Assembly: GCA_030390025.1 (NCBI GenBank)
Contig: CM059432.1
Span: 115,198,001 to 115,262,000, forward strand
Length of the DNA: 64,000 bases
From: Squalus acanthias
Lineage: Eukaryota
Direction of reading: 5' to 3'
Part shown: piece after piece, positions 50,881 through 63,065 of the stretch
How positions within the stretch are numbered: the stretch's first letter is position 1
How the letters are laid out: every line of letters begins with the position of its first letter
The notes under the pieces: generated by a model
What the model was told of the DNA's origin: nothing
The model's database searches: none
What the model saw: the letters and a program-made list of their open reading frames with translations, nothing else
Program-made: the position numbers and the translations under genes

Positions 50881-53800
50881 GACATGTGGGACAAGTATGG
50901 CTCCGATGCCAATTGATATCCCTGGCATGATTTCCTTCATCTTATTTCACTTCAACCATAAAATACTGCATTTGGATTACATCCAAATCAATCTCCACCA
51001 CCAACTTTACCTTCACTTGCTACCTGTCACCAGACTTTACAGATTGCATTTCAATTCCTTGTGAGTTGGTATTGGAAGAATTATTTTTTTCATGTGCCCT
51101 CTTTTGCACCTGTTCTGGTTCTGCTGAAGTTCTGTAAATGTTTCACTTACAGTATGCTTTTCGGTGATTTGTGAGAAATACAAACAATTTTTTTCAGGAT
51201 ATTTAAAAATGGATTTACCGTAATGAATAAATACTGAAATATCTCTCATAAAAATAACACAGTGTAAAAATGACAACAGTAAAAAACCAAACCTACAAAC
51301 CCTGTTGGTCTTCAAGAGTTCTACTGTATATGGGGCTTCGCTTACACCTATTCAAAATGGGCTTTAAAGACTTAAAAAATCCTGGTGCAAAGACCGGGAA
51401 ATTGCACCAGGTATTCATTCTAGGGCCTTAATGAGGCAATGTTACTCCAGCAAATAAATGCAGCCAATTTGAAAACTGCAGGCAGAAGGAATTGGGCACA
51501 AATCCTGCTTGTGACTTGTTTTCCCACGACCGTGAGCCTGTGCCTGCACAACCAGCACAGGGGAGCACAAAATCGAACCCCTTTTATCGAACAGATTCTA
51601 AATACTTGTTTATTGACCCTTTTTCCATAAGAGTCACAAGAGTGATCTCAGAACTTGGAGACTTTAAAGTTGATTTATCCTTCAAGTTTTGGAAAAACAA
51701 CATTTTGAATATAAATTTGTTGGATCACTGTTCAAAAGTTGCGAACCTTTCTGTGAAACAGCAGAAAGATTATATCAAAATGTAGTTTTACATTAATGGA
51801 TCACACTGGAATATCAAAATGACTTCTGATGAATGCAAGACCATCGGTGCCAACCCTACTGTGTTTTTTAAACAAAACAACATTCCTTGTCATTCCTCTT
51901 GTGTACACAATATAACCAAATAACGAAGGAAGTAAAGCTTATCTGGACATTGTCAATGTGACCACTTGGTACAGTGCCTTATATACTACATACTTACTGT
52001 TTAAAACATTAAATAAGACAATGAAAGATTGTTATCTGCAATCAGTGGAACACAACCTATATCCGTTCACTAGATACCCTCAAAGAGCCATAAAGCAGAC
52101 TGTACAACATAGGATTACAAAGGATATACGGCACAGAAACAGACCAATCGGGCCAACCAGTCCATGCCGGCGTTTATGCTCCACTCGAGCCTCTACTTCC
52201 AAAAGGAAAATTCTGTGACAAAATCGATACCCGGTAACAGCAACTGCCTATGATTGCTGCTGCAAAAAAAGGAAAAAATATTTTTTATTCACGTTACCTT
52301 CTACACGCTAATGAAGAGAAAAAATCTGAAACTCGGTTTGTACATCATTGCTTTGTTTTGTTGCCAATAAGATGAGAAATTACCCTTTACTCCCCATAGC
52401 TCGAGCACATTCTTCTAGCATTCTTCAGCTCTCCTAGAGAATCAACAACTCTGTTGCCTGTATGTTACAACAGCTACTTTGTCCAATGCTACTTACAGAT
52501 CAGAGATTGCCACTATTAATTAATATTGTAAATGTTGTTTGTTCTGTTGGTTTTATGGTCAGTGCTTCCAAGAGGTCCTGATTCACAGGTGGTCAGGTCA
52601 CTAACACTGCTTTTACTATATTGATTCTGCATTGAAGAGACAAAATTAATTTGGATCCAGACTGGCTTAGTCCATTATACTCAAAGCCAAATAGAAATAG
52701 CTGATATCACTATCATAACCTATATTATAGGTGAATCAGCTGCGAGATATTTTGCCAGGTTTACGTGTACAAAGTAAAATTGTAGCTGGTTACAAAACAT
52801 CTGAGCTCCTGAAATAACCAAGAGCTGGTTTTGGTCAGATCGAACTGGCCAAGATGGAGTCGCATGGATCTGTGATCTTGGTGTCTGTTCCTCTGCAGTG
52901 TGGATACTTAAGCAAGATATTTCTTCAAATAAGTGTTATCCTTCACAAATGGTGAGTCTACACTAATCCATCATTATGTGTTCATCTAATGGCATGCTAG
53001 AATTAATGTACTTTTATGAAACTGAGGCACTTTTCACAAAGCCTGTATTAGGTATTCATACCCAACTAATGAGCTGCTTTAATCAAATTTATGAACATTG
53101 AGCTGGAGAAGTAACCATTTATGATTTATGCTGCTATAAATTTGTAGCATTTTAAAATAATCCATCAAAGCTTCTATTTCATAGAATCGTAGAAGGATAC
53201 AGCAAAGAAGGAGGCCATTTGGCCCATCGTGCCTGTGCCGGCTCTTTGGTAGAGCTATCCAATTAGTCCCACTCCCATTTGTTGCACAGCAATAGTGTAA
53301 GAGTGAATATAAGTTGCAAAATGGCAAGACTCCATTCCAGGCATGGAGTCTCATTAAAACAGGAGCTCAGATCAGGAAATTGATCACAGAGGTCACCGCG
53401 CCCAACTTTAATGGGTGGATAGTCAAGCATGCCGCAAATCTGACTCCTGTTGAGCAGAGCTCTGCACTGGGAATGGGATCTTGTAATGTGGGGACTACAA
53501 TGTCTGAAAAATTATATACAAATAAAATGAACCTTAAAACCCCCAATTGGCAATTTATGGAAGTCTGCGCAAATTCAAAACTGCAACATCAGGCAACAGC
53601 ATATGAGAATATCTGTCCAATCTACCACTTCCCCAACTGGGTGGGATAAAGAAAGATTGGGCCCCCTCAATTTACCTAGAAGATTAAAAATGAGCTGTAC
53701 AGCCATGCATGCAAAGTGATAAAAAACTGGGAACTGATGGGTTCCCAGTGGCGTTTTCCAAAAGGTGGCCCCAGAATTGGCCCTCTGCTGCATGAGGTGC

Positions 53801-53884
53801 TCCAGCAAACAACTTGCACTGACAGATTGCAAAGCATGTGAAGAGAGGCAAACAATTTATCCACAAGAAATGCAGAAACCCATA

Positions 53885-54520
53885 AAACTACACTACCTAC
53901 CCTCTTCCTGTTAAAATATGACACCAAAATTCTGATGCTGCACCTAAACCATCTCATTTGCAACCTGCTGTACAAAGACCAGGTGGGCTTTGTCTGTGGG
54001 AGACACTCAGTAGACAATATCTGGCATCTCCTCAACATTTTGCACGATTCTTATGTCAGGAACTTTCCCTTGTGCTGTCCTTGGATACAGAAACATATTT
54101 GATAGAGTGGAGTGAGGCTTCCTGAAGGGTCTGCTGAAAGGAATTCTCTTCAGGGAAAGATTAGTCAAGTGAACCAACTCCTTCTACTCAAGGCATACAT
54201 GCTCAAATTCCCCATCCTTCAAACTCACAAAGGGCTCCTCTCCGCTTTGCCCTGACTACAGAACCACGTGCGATAGACATCTGCACCTAATCCAAAGCAG
54301 GGGCTGAGCACAAAGTTTTACTGTACACAGATATCCTCCAATATATCTCTAATCCCGTTACCTCAGTCCCCAACATCACCAAATGCAATAAAGGATTCAG
54401 AGCCCTTTCAGAATATAAAATTAACTGCACAAAAATGGAGCCAGATAAGTATACATACAATATCCTCTAAACCAAGATAAATGGATTCCCCTTCACGTAG
54501 ACAATGGCAGGCTTCAAATA
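53885..54520 (+). mobile_element. L1-clade LINE RT relic
   Basis: LLKYDTKIL..DQVGFVCGRHSVDNI..LSLDTE..FDRVE, then EHKVLLY..ILQYISNP..SEYKIN. Confidence 0.8.
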
Positions 54521-55144
54521 CAAAGTGGGTGGGTAGGGGCGGGTGGTCAGTGTGGATTGAGACACTACGAAGTGTGACAAAAATTTAATTTCGCCCATGA
54601 TTTCTCTGGTTTTCACTTAGTTTTTAAATGGCAGCAATAAAACACCTTACTCAAAATGAAGGTTGCACCATAGATGTGAGGTCTGACATAGTGGCACATG
54701 AACCCTCTGAAAGGGACAAAGTATGTTGACACATTAATGTAATGTTTAAGATAGACTGCTGGAAGAAGCCAGGGCGCTTTTTGGCCAGAGGCAAGTCAAT
54801 TAAGTTTGAGCCCTGTGTAAATGGAATGTGTCTAAAATCTGATGTGGGTTGAAATTTTCTGAATTGCCAAACCCAGACAACGTATATTTGAGATCATCAT
54901 TAACATTCACAAGTAACCGTGCCCATGTCTGTGCATCTATAGGTTGTGAATTGTTGGTATTATCTAGCTGATCACGTTTATCTGACCAACCAGCAAGTAT
55001 CTATTCTGGAAAGATATTATGGCTATTATAGAAAATTTTATGTGACAACAGTTTGTTTCATCTTGCTGTGGAGGTAAATTAGGCTCCATAAGCTATCCTT
55101 CTACAATTCTTACAAAGACTGTACTCTTTCTGCTGAGGAACAAG

Positions 55145-55224
55145 GGGGGGAAAATTAGATTGCTTTGCACCTCCCATTAGCGCCCCAGTTTGCCCCAAAG
55201 GGGGTGCGGCCGAATTTTTCCCCC
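55145..55224. mobile_element. 80-bp mini-MITE related to 39162-39815
   Basis: GGGGGGAAAATT ... AATTTTTCCCCC, TSD AAG, internal CCTCCCATTAGCGCCCC. Confidence 0.7.
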
Positions 55225-55541
55225 AAGGTTGCTTATTTTTATCTAAGAAGTACATCATCTCAAGTTCTGAAAGAATTCAAAGGGACTTGTCTCACTGGTT
55301 TGGTATGATTAAGCTCTTGTAAACTGGCTCCAGATTTCTAGTACAGTATTGGATGGTTCAACATCTGCCTATACTGCTTGTCTGTATAAATAACTCGATT
55401 TGAATGAAACTGTTTAATCGGTCAGCCTATTATGGAAAGTACCTGGAGTGACTAATATTTTTTCAGTCTTCAGAAATAATGAGCTGTAGAGGAATGCTGC
55501 ATATTATCTGGCAGCAAGTTTAGAGTAAACAAGAGGGTTGT

Positions 55542-55941
55542 TTGTCCAGTGGTACACTACAGGGCTGATTCCACAATGTGCGTCTCCAAAACGGAGTAGA
55601 GATCCTAGAGAGTGCGGGTCAGGAAATGCTGGCTGCATATCCACGATTTTCTGACCTGTGCACTCTAGGAGTGCTACTCCGCAGTGAAAGCGGTTGATCG
55701 TAGAGTCAGCTCTTATATGCCATAAATTAATTGCTTACAGTTAAGATTCTTATTACAGAGAGTGCAGGGTGGCCCAAGGAAACTGTCTTTTTCAGTGGAA
55801 AAAAATCTGAAAAATTATTTGGAATGAGCCTGAAATGTAACTGACAAATTTGACAAAATCATGTTCTCCCAGAGGCTGAACCGATTTGTGGGTTCAAGTC
55901 CCACTCCAGCGACTTGAGCACAAAAATCTAGGCCGAGACTC
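55542..55941 (+). repeat. Copy 1 of the ~400-bp direct duplication flanking the RTE
   Basis: Matches 57816-58216 with about 10 differences; includes a ~150-bp foldback MITE (55561-55712) and a SINE head. Confidence 0.95.
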
Positions 55942-57815
55942 TTCTTCTTCTTCTTAGGCAGTCTCTCGGAACCGAGGATGACTTGCTTCCACATTAAAAA
56001 TGAGTTTGCAGGTGACTGATGAGTTCAATGCGGGCCCTACAGTCTCTGTCACAGGTGGGGCAGACAGTGGTTGAAGGGGCGGGTGGGTGGGGTGCTTGGG
56101 TTGACGTGCGCTCCTTGCGCTGCCTGCGCTTGGCTTCCGCTTGCTCCCGGCGAAGAGACTCGAGGTGTTTGGCGCCTTCCCGGATGCTTCTCCTCCACTT
56201 TGTGCGGTCTTGGGCCAGGGATTCCCAGGTGTCAGTGGGGATGATACACTTTTTCAAGGAGGCTTTGAGGGTGTCCTTGAAGTGTTTCCTCTGCCCACCT
56301 GGGGCTCTCTTGCCGTGCCGGAGCTCCGAGTAGAGCGCTTGTTTCGGGAGTCTCATATCGGGCATGCGGACAATGTGACCCATCCATTGGAGCTGATCGA
56401 GCGTGGTCAAAGCTTCGATGCTGGGGATGTTGGCCTGAGCGAGAACACTGACGTTGGTGCGCCTATCCTGCCAATGGATTTGCAGGATCTTGCGGAGGCA
56501 GCGTTGGTGGTACCTCTCCAGTGCTTTGAGGTGCCTGCTGTACATGGTCCATGTCTCTGAGGCATACAGCAGGGCGGGTATCACTGCTGCTCTGTAGACC
56601 ATGAGCTTAGTGCCGGGTTTGAGGTCCTGGTCTTCAAACACTCTCTTCCTCAGGCGACCGAAGGCTGCACTGGCACACTGAAGGCGATGTTGGACTTCGT
56701 CATCGACGTCTGCCTTTGTTGACAGTAGGCTCCCGAGGTATGGAAAGTGGTCCACGTTGTCCAAGGCCTTGTCGTGGATTTTGATAATCGGGGGGCAGTA
56801 CTGTGTGGCAGGGGCAGTACTGTGTGGCAGGGGCAGGTTGGTAGAGGACCTTTATCTTACGGATGTTTAGAGTAAGGCCCATGCTCTCGTACGCTTCGGT
56901 GAAGGTGTTGATGATGGTTTGGAGTTCGACCTCTGAGTGAGCGCAGACGCAAGCGTCGTCTGCATACTGTAATTCGACGACAGAGGATGGGACGACCTTG
57001 GATCTGGACTGGAGGTGACGGAGGTTGAACAGTTTCCCGTTTGTTCTGTAAATTAGCTCCACTCCAGTGGGGAGCTTACTGAGGGTGAGATGGAGCATTG
57101 CAGCAAGGAAGATCGAGAAGAGCATTGGTGCGATGACACAGCCTTGCTTGACCCCGGTTCGTATGTGAATTGGGTCTGTGTTGGAACCGTTGGTCAGGAT
57201 CATGGCTTGCATGTCGTCGTGAAGCAGGCGGAGGATGGTGACAAACTTTTGAGGGCAGCCGAATTTGAGGAGGACACTCCATAATCCCACACGGTTGACA
57301 GTGTCGAAGGCCTTTGTGAGGTCAAAGGCGGCCATGTACAGCGGTTGGTGCTGTTCCCTGCATTTCTCTCGTAATTGACGTGCGGTGAAGATCATGTCCA
57401 TTGTGCCCCTTAGTGGGCGGAATCCGCATTGCGACTCTGGGAGGAGCTCTTCGGCCACTGGGAGAAGGCGATTGAGGAGGATTCTTGCAATGACTTTCCC
57501 TGTGGCAGACAGCAGGGAAACTCCTCTGTAATTACCGCAATCGGACTTGTCACCTTTCTTGAAGATGGTCACAATTACGGCGTCTCTGAGATCCCCTGGC
57601 ATGCTCTCCTCCTTCCAGATAAGAGAAATGAGTTCATGGATTCACGCCAGTAGTGCTTCTCTGCTATGCTTTAGTGCCTCGGCGGGGATTCCATCTGCTC
57701 CTGAGGCCTTGTTGTTCTTCAGTTGTTGGATGGCCTTTTCAACCTCATGCCGGGCTGGGGTTGTGCTGAGATGGTGGCGGGTAGCATGCTGCGGGATGGA
57801 GTTGAGTTGATGGAG
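55942..57815 (-). mobile_element. RTE-clade LINE, 5'-truncated
   Basis: RT ORFs 56700..57602 (GVKQGCVIAP, LQYADD) and 55994..56764 (C-terminal CPTC..HLQTH); (GAA)n tail; frameshift from a 19-bp tandem duplication at 56792-56829. Confidence 0.95.
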
Positions 57816-58216
57816 TTGTCCAGTGGTACACTACAGGGCTGATTCCACAATGTGCGTATCCAAAACGGAGTAGAGATCCTAGAGAGTGCGGGTCAGGAAA
57901 TGCTGGCTGCATATCCACGATTTTCTGACCTGTGCACTCTAGGAGTGCGACTCCGCGGTGAAAGCGGTTGATCGTAGAGTCAGCTCTTATATGCCATAAA
58001 CTAATTGCTTACAGTTAAGATTCTTATTATAGAGAGTGCAGGGTGGCCCAAGGAAACTGTCTTTTTCAGTGGCAAAAAATCTGAAAAATTATTTGGAATG
58101 AGCCTGAAATGTAACTGACCAAATTTGACAAAATCATGTTCTCCCAGAGGCTGAACCTATTTGTGGGTTCAAGTCCCACTCCAGCGACTTGAGCACAAAA
58201 ATCTAGGCTGACACTC
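57816..58216 (+). repeat. Copy 2 of the ~400-bp direct duplication
   Basis: Matches 55542-55941 and continues into the rest of the SINE. Confidence 0.95.
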
Positions 58217-58595
58217 CAGTGCAGTGCTGAGGGAGTGCTGCACTGTCGGAGGTGCCCTCTTTCAGATGAGACATTAAACCGATGCCCCGTCTGCTCTCTC
58301 AGGTGGACGTAAAAGATCCCATGGCACTATTTTGAAGATAACTCCCCCAGTGTCCTGGCCAATATTTATCCCTCAATCAACATCACTAAAAAAACAGGTT
58401 ATCTGGTCAATTATCACATTGCTGTTTGTGGGAGCTTGCTGTGCGCAAATTGGCTGCCGCATTTCCTACATTACAACAGTGACTACACTTATGAATAAAA
58501 AGTACTTAATTGTCTGTAAAGCGTTTTGGGACGTCCGGTGGTCGTGAAAGGCACAAAATAAATGCAAGTCTTTCTGTCTTGTTTCTTTCTTTCTA
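58160..58595 (+). mobile_element. SacSINE1-like DeuSINE, 5'-clipped; target of the RTE
   Basis: High similarity to 36670-37083. Confidence 0.9.
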
Positions 58596-58782
58596 TTTCA
58601 GTGGAGCCATTAATCCTTTTTTAATACACAGGTTAATACCAGTGTTAAAATAGCAGACAGAGGAATGACAATGCTAATATCAAAAATAGCAATTTCTAGA
58701 TTTGTACTAAATCTATACCACAGCTCTCCTAATGCTTTAGAGCCACACAGACCAGTTCAATCCCATGGTCTGTACTGGGTTA

Positions 58783-58875
58783 GACGAAGGGTTTCGACCT
58801 GAAACGTTAACTCTCTTTCTCTCTCCATGGATGTTGCCTGGCCTGCTGAGTTTTTCCAGCGTTTTCTGTTGTTAT
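58783..58875 (+). mobile_element. Penelope pLTR fragment with truncated hammerhead
   Basis: GACGAAGGGTTTCGACCTGAAACGTTAACTC... lacks the CT of the core; inserted in an older repeat. Confidence 0.75.
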
Positions 58876-60867
58876 TAGCTGATTTCAGTTGTGGCAACGA
58901 TTGGGCCACGAGATTTAGTCTCAGAACAGCTGGGGAAGGGAGCGGGAAAAATCAGCCACTGCACATGGAACTCAGGTAAAGACAGGTTTGGGGTCAGCTG
59001 TGATGCTTTCTACAGTTGAATAGCTTGCTGGCAATCAAGATCTAAGCTCTTTATATTTAAACAACAGCCACTTAGGCGAGCTCTCGGTGGGTTGCCAGCA
59101 CTCGCGAGGTGAGTCAAGGGCTTCAGGGGCAGGATGGAAGGAAAGTAGAAAACTTTTACTTCTGAAGCTACACCATTCTGAGTCAGGTGTAGAGAGGCTG
59201 TGAATTAAATACAGAGAACACAACTCAAACTCTGAACAATGAGGCCGAATTTCGGAAGCAATTACTTCACTCATATAACATTCATGATGTGAAAAAAGGT
59301 AATCCTGTTCGTCAACTAAACAAACAGGAACAATTATTCAATGCTATGATCATGTGGAGTCTGGGTGAATTACCAGTTGAATTGCTGAATCTTTAATAAG
59401 TGGTTCCTGATTTAGGTATTTGCTCTATTCATCTCATACAATTTCAGAGAACAATGACAAGAAAGCTTTCTGTTCTCCTGTTACTGGCTGTACTTAATAT
59501 AGAAGTCATTTGTGCCTCTTTGTGGATCATCCTCTCTCTCAAATGACTTCAATTTTTATCATAAACACCAAAAAAGGAACTCTCCTACTGATTGGGTTGC
59601 AAGGACCACAACAAAAGATGTCCTCGTATGTGTACGATGGAGCTCACAAAGTTTTCCCAGCTCTAGGATATAAAAGGGTTTTTAATCATCATTTAAAATG
59701 GAAATAAGCATAGATATTTTTCTCCAAATGAAGAGCTCTTAATTAGTTTTTACACACTCAGCAGTATTCTCATTCCCACATATTTGTGATATTTATCTCC
59801 CGGATGAACACAAAGCACTTTGTGCTCTTCAACATACCATTAGTGCCATATTATTTGTCACAAAAAGGTGGGTCTAGAAGCCGAGAGGGAGGGAGGAGGC
59901 CCTCTGAAAAGGTCTCAGTTTTCTTTTTATTTCACTTTGTCCTGATAATTAAGTGGGTGTGCTCCCACTCCCTGTTAATACAGTGATGGCAGCTCTCCAA
60001 CGCCTCTTATTTCACATTTAAGATTTGTCTGATTCAAGTTTTGGATCTTCCTAATGCATGCCTGAATTTTTCAATCATCTGGCCAGACAGCAACATAATT
60101 TCTTGACTGTGGAAAACAGTGAATTCTGCAGAGCTGGTGGCCATTTCTAATTTGTCTGTCAGTATTAGGAGGGATGGAAGTGGGGCTTACTTTATATAGC
60201 TCAACAAATATTAGGAAACCGGTACAATTATCAAAATAGCAAAGTTGTATGGAATGCAATTCTGAGTTGCAATTGCATAATACATGCTGTTTTTCAATGG
60301 AATTAGTTAATAGGAGGATCTAAATAGAAATTACTGAAAGGAGAAACTTACCTCTTGCTGTACTGGCCTGGTGGTACCATGTCTATGGGTCACTATGTAG
60401 AGCAACATTGTCATTTGTGAAGATACTTCACTTCAATGTTTCCAATAAAATCGTAAATGGGTTATTTTTCAAACATGTGTATGGTTTTCACAGGGATAAT
60501 AAACAGGACATGTAGGACTTTTTACTTCCCAGTTTTAAAACTGGATCTCCAAAGGTAAGAACCTTTGACTAATACTCACTTTATACTACAACTCAGGACA
60601 GACATTATGGTGTGTGTTGTTACTAGTTGGTGAAATTTTCTGGAAGTTTGGTCTCGCTTTGAATCAGTTTACCTGATATGAAGTCTACTTACTCAACCGA
60701 CATCTTTAATTTTGTTTTTGAAACCTCTTCCATACCATCCAGTTTCTAAAGATTGAGAAGCGCTGCCTGCATCATCAACTCATCGTAATCTGTGGGAAAA
60801 CTTACCACTGGCAACAAGTGCTTTGCCTTATCACACCAGCTGTTGCTCAGATCATTACCAAAATGCT

Positions 60868-61156
60868 ATCATAGAATCATAGAAATTTACAGCACAGAAG
60901 GAGGCCATTCGGCCCATCTTGTCCGTGCCATCCGACAAACAGCTATCCTGCCTAATTCCACTTTCCAGCACTTGGTCCGTAGCCCTGTAGTTCACGGCAC
61001 TTCAAGTGCATATCCAAGTACTTTTTAAATGCGATGAGGGTCTCTGCCTCTACCACCCTTTCAGGCAGTGAGTTCCAGACCCCCACCACCCTCTGGGTGA
61101 AAAAACTTCTCCTCAAATCCCCTCTAAACCTTCGACCAATTACTTTAAATCTATGC
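60868..61156 (-). mobile_element. CR1 3' fragment
   Basis: HRFKVIGRRFRGDLRRSFFTQRVVGVWNSLP plus tail. Confidence 0.92.
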
Positions 61157-62710
61157 CATAGAAACATAGAAGATAGGAGCAGGAGCAGGCCATTCAGCCC
61201 CTCGAGCCTGTTCTGCCATTCAATGAGATCATGGCTGATCATCCAAATTCAGTACCCTGTCCCTGCCTTCTCCCCATATCCCTTGATCCCTTTAGCTTTA
61301 AGAAATATATCTAACTCCTTCTTGAATATATTTAATGAATTGGCCTCTACTGCCTTCTGTGGTAGAGAATTCCACAGGTTCACCACTCTCTGGGTGAAGA
61401 AATTCCTCCTCATCTCAGTCCTAAATGGCTTACCCCTTATCCTTAGACTGTGACCCCTGGTTCTGGACTCCCCGGCCATCGGGAACATCCTTCCTGCATC
61501 TAGTCTGTCTAGTCCTGTTAGAATTTTATAAGTTTCAATGAGATCCCCTCTCATTCTTCTAAACTCCAGCGAGTATAAGCCCAATCGACCCAATCTCTCC
61601 TCATACGTCATTCCTGCCATCCCAGGTATCAGCCTGGTGAATCTTCGCTGCACTCCCTCCATGGCAAGAACATCCTTCCTCAGATAAGGCGACCAAAACT
61701 GCACACAATACTCAAGATGTGGTCTCACCAAGGCCCTGTACAACTGCAGCAAGACATCCTTGTTCCTGTACTCGAACCCTTTCGCTACGAAGGCCAACAT
61801 ACCATTTGCCTTCTTAACCGCCTGCTGCACCTGCATGCTTACCTTCAGCGACTGGGGCACAAGGACACCCAGGTCTCGTTGCACTTCCCCTTCTCCCAAT
61901 CTATTGCCATTCAGATAATAATCTGCCTTCCTGTTTTTGACACCAAAGTGGATAACCTCGCATTTATCCACATTATATTGCATCTGCCATGCTTCTGCCC
62001 AATCATCCAACCTGTCCAAATCATACTGGAGTTTCTCAGCATCCTCCTCATGGCACACACTCCCACCCAGCTTTGTGTCGTCTGCAAACTTGGAGATATT
62101 ACATCCAATTCCCTCGTCTAGATCATTAATATATATTGTGAATAGCTGGGGTCCTAGGACCGATCCCTGCGGTACCCCACTAGTCACTGCCTGCCACTCG
62201 GAAAAAGACCCATTTATTCCAACTCTTTGCTTTCTGTCTGCCAACCAGTTCTCTATCCAAGTCAATACCTTGCCCCCAATCCCATGTGCCTTAACTTTAC
62301 ACGCTAATCTCTTATGCGGGACCTTATCGAAAGCCTTCTGAAAGTCCAAATACACCACATCCACTGGTTCTCCCTTATCTATTTTACCAGTTACATCCTC
62401 AAAAAATTCCAGTAGATTAGTCAAGCACGATTTACCTTTTGTAAATCCATGTTGACTTTGTCCGATCCTGTCACTGTTTTCCAAGTGCTCTGCTATTACA
62501 TCTTTTATAATGGACTCTAGCATTTTCCCCACTACCGATGTCAGGCTTACCAGTCTATAATTCCCCGTTTTCTCTCCACCACCTTTTTTGAATAGTGGGG
62601 TAACATTAGCTACCCTCCAATCCATGGATACTGTTCCAGAGTCTATAGAATTTTGGAAAATGACCAGCAATGCATCTACTATTTCTAGGGCCACTTCCTT
62701 AAGTACCCTA
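61157..62710 (-). mobile_element. Young CR1 LINE with uninterrupted RT, 5'-truncated
   Basis: ORF 61249..62769 is CR1 ORF2 from RVLKEVALE onward; the first ~20 aa are flank read-through. Confidence 0.97.
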
Positions 62711-62757
62711 AGCCGCCTGGTTATTATCAGTAGTGTTCCAGCAGAGCATGCTCCAGA

Positions 62758-63065
62758 TTTTTTATTCATTCTTGGGAAGTGGATATCGCTGGCATTTGAT
62801 GCCCATCCCTAGTCGCCCTGAGAAGGTGGTGATGAGTTCTCTTGAACCGCTGGGCAGCGGTTTGATACAACGGTGTAGCTTGCTAGGCCACTTCAGAGGG
62901 CAGCTAAGAGTCAACCACGATGGTGTGGGTCTGGTGTCACATATAGGCCAGACTGGGTAAGGATGACAGGTTTCCTTCCCTAAAAGGACATTAGTGAACC
63001 AGTTGGGTTTTTACTACAATCAGATAGCTTCATGGTCACTTCTACGGATAGTGGCATTTTATTTC
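62758..63065 (-). mobile_element. tRNA-derived SINE, family of 8665-9033, head missing
   Basis: Shared AAGAGTCAACCAC, GGTAAGGA, AAGGACATTAGTGAACCAGTTGGGTTTTT. Confidence 0.8.

Noticed and set aside
2528..62710. Apparent excess of LINEs in the host-sense orientation
   Set aside because: Roughly 15 versus 10 fragments by my count, too few to distinguish from chance.
61249..62769. Long RT ORFs (also 12497..13780 and 21048..22058) as host genes or active LINEs
   Set aside because: They are 5'-truncated CR1 copies with no ORF1 and an absent or disrupted endonuclease.
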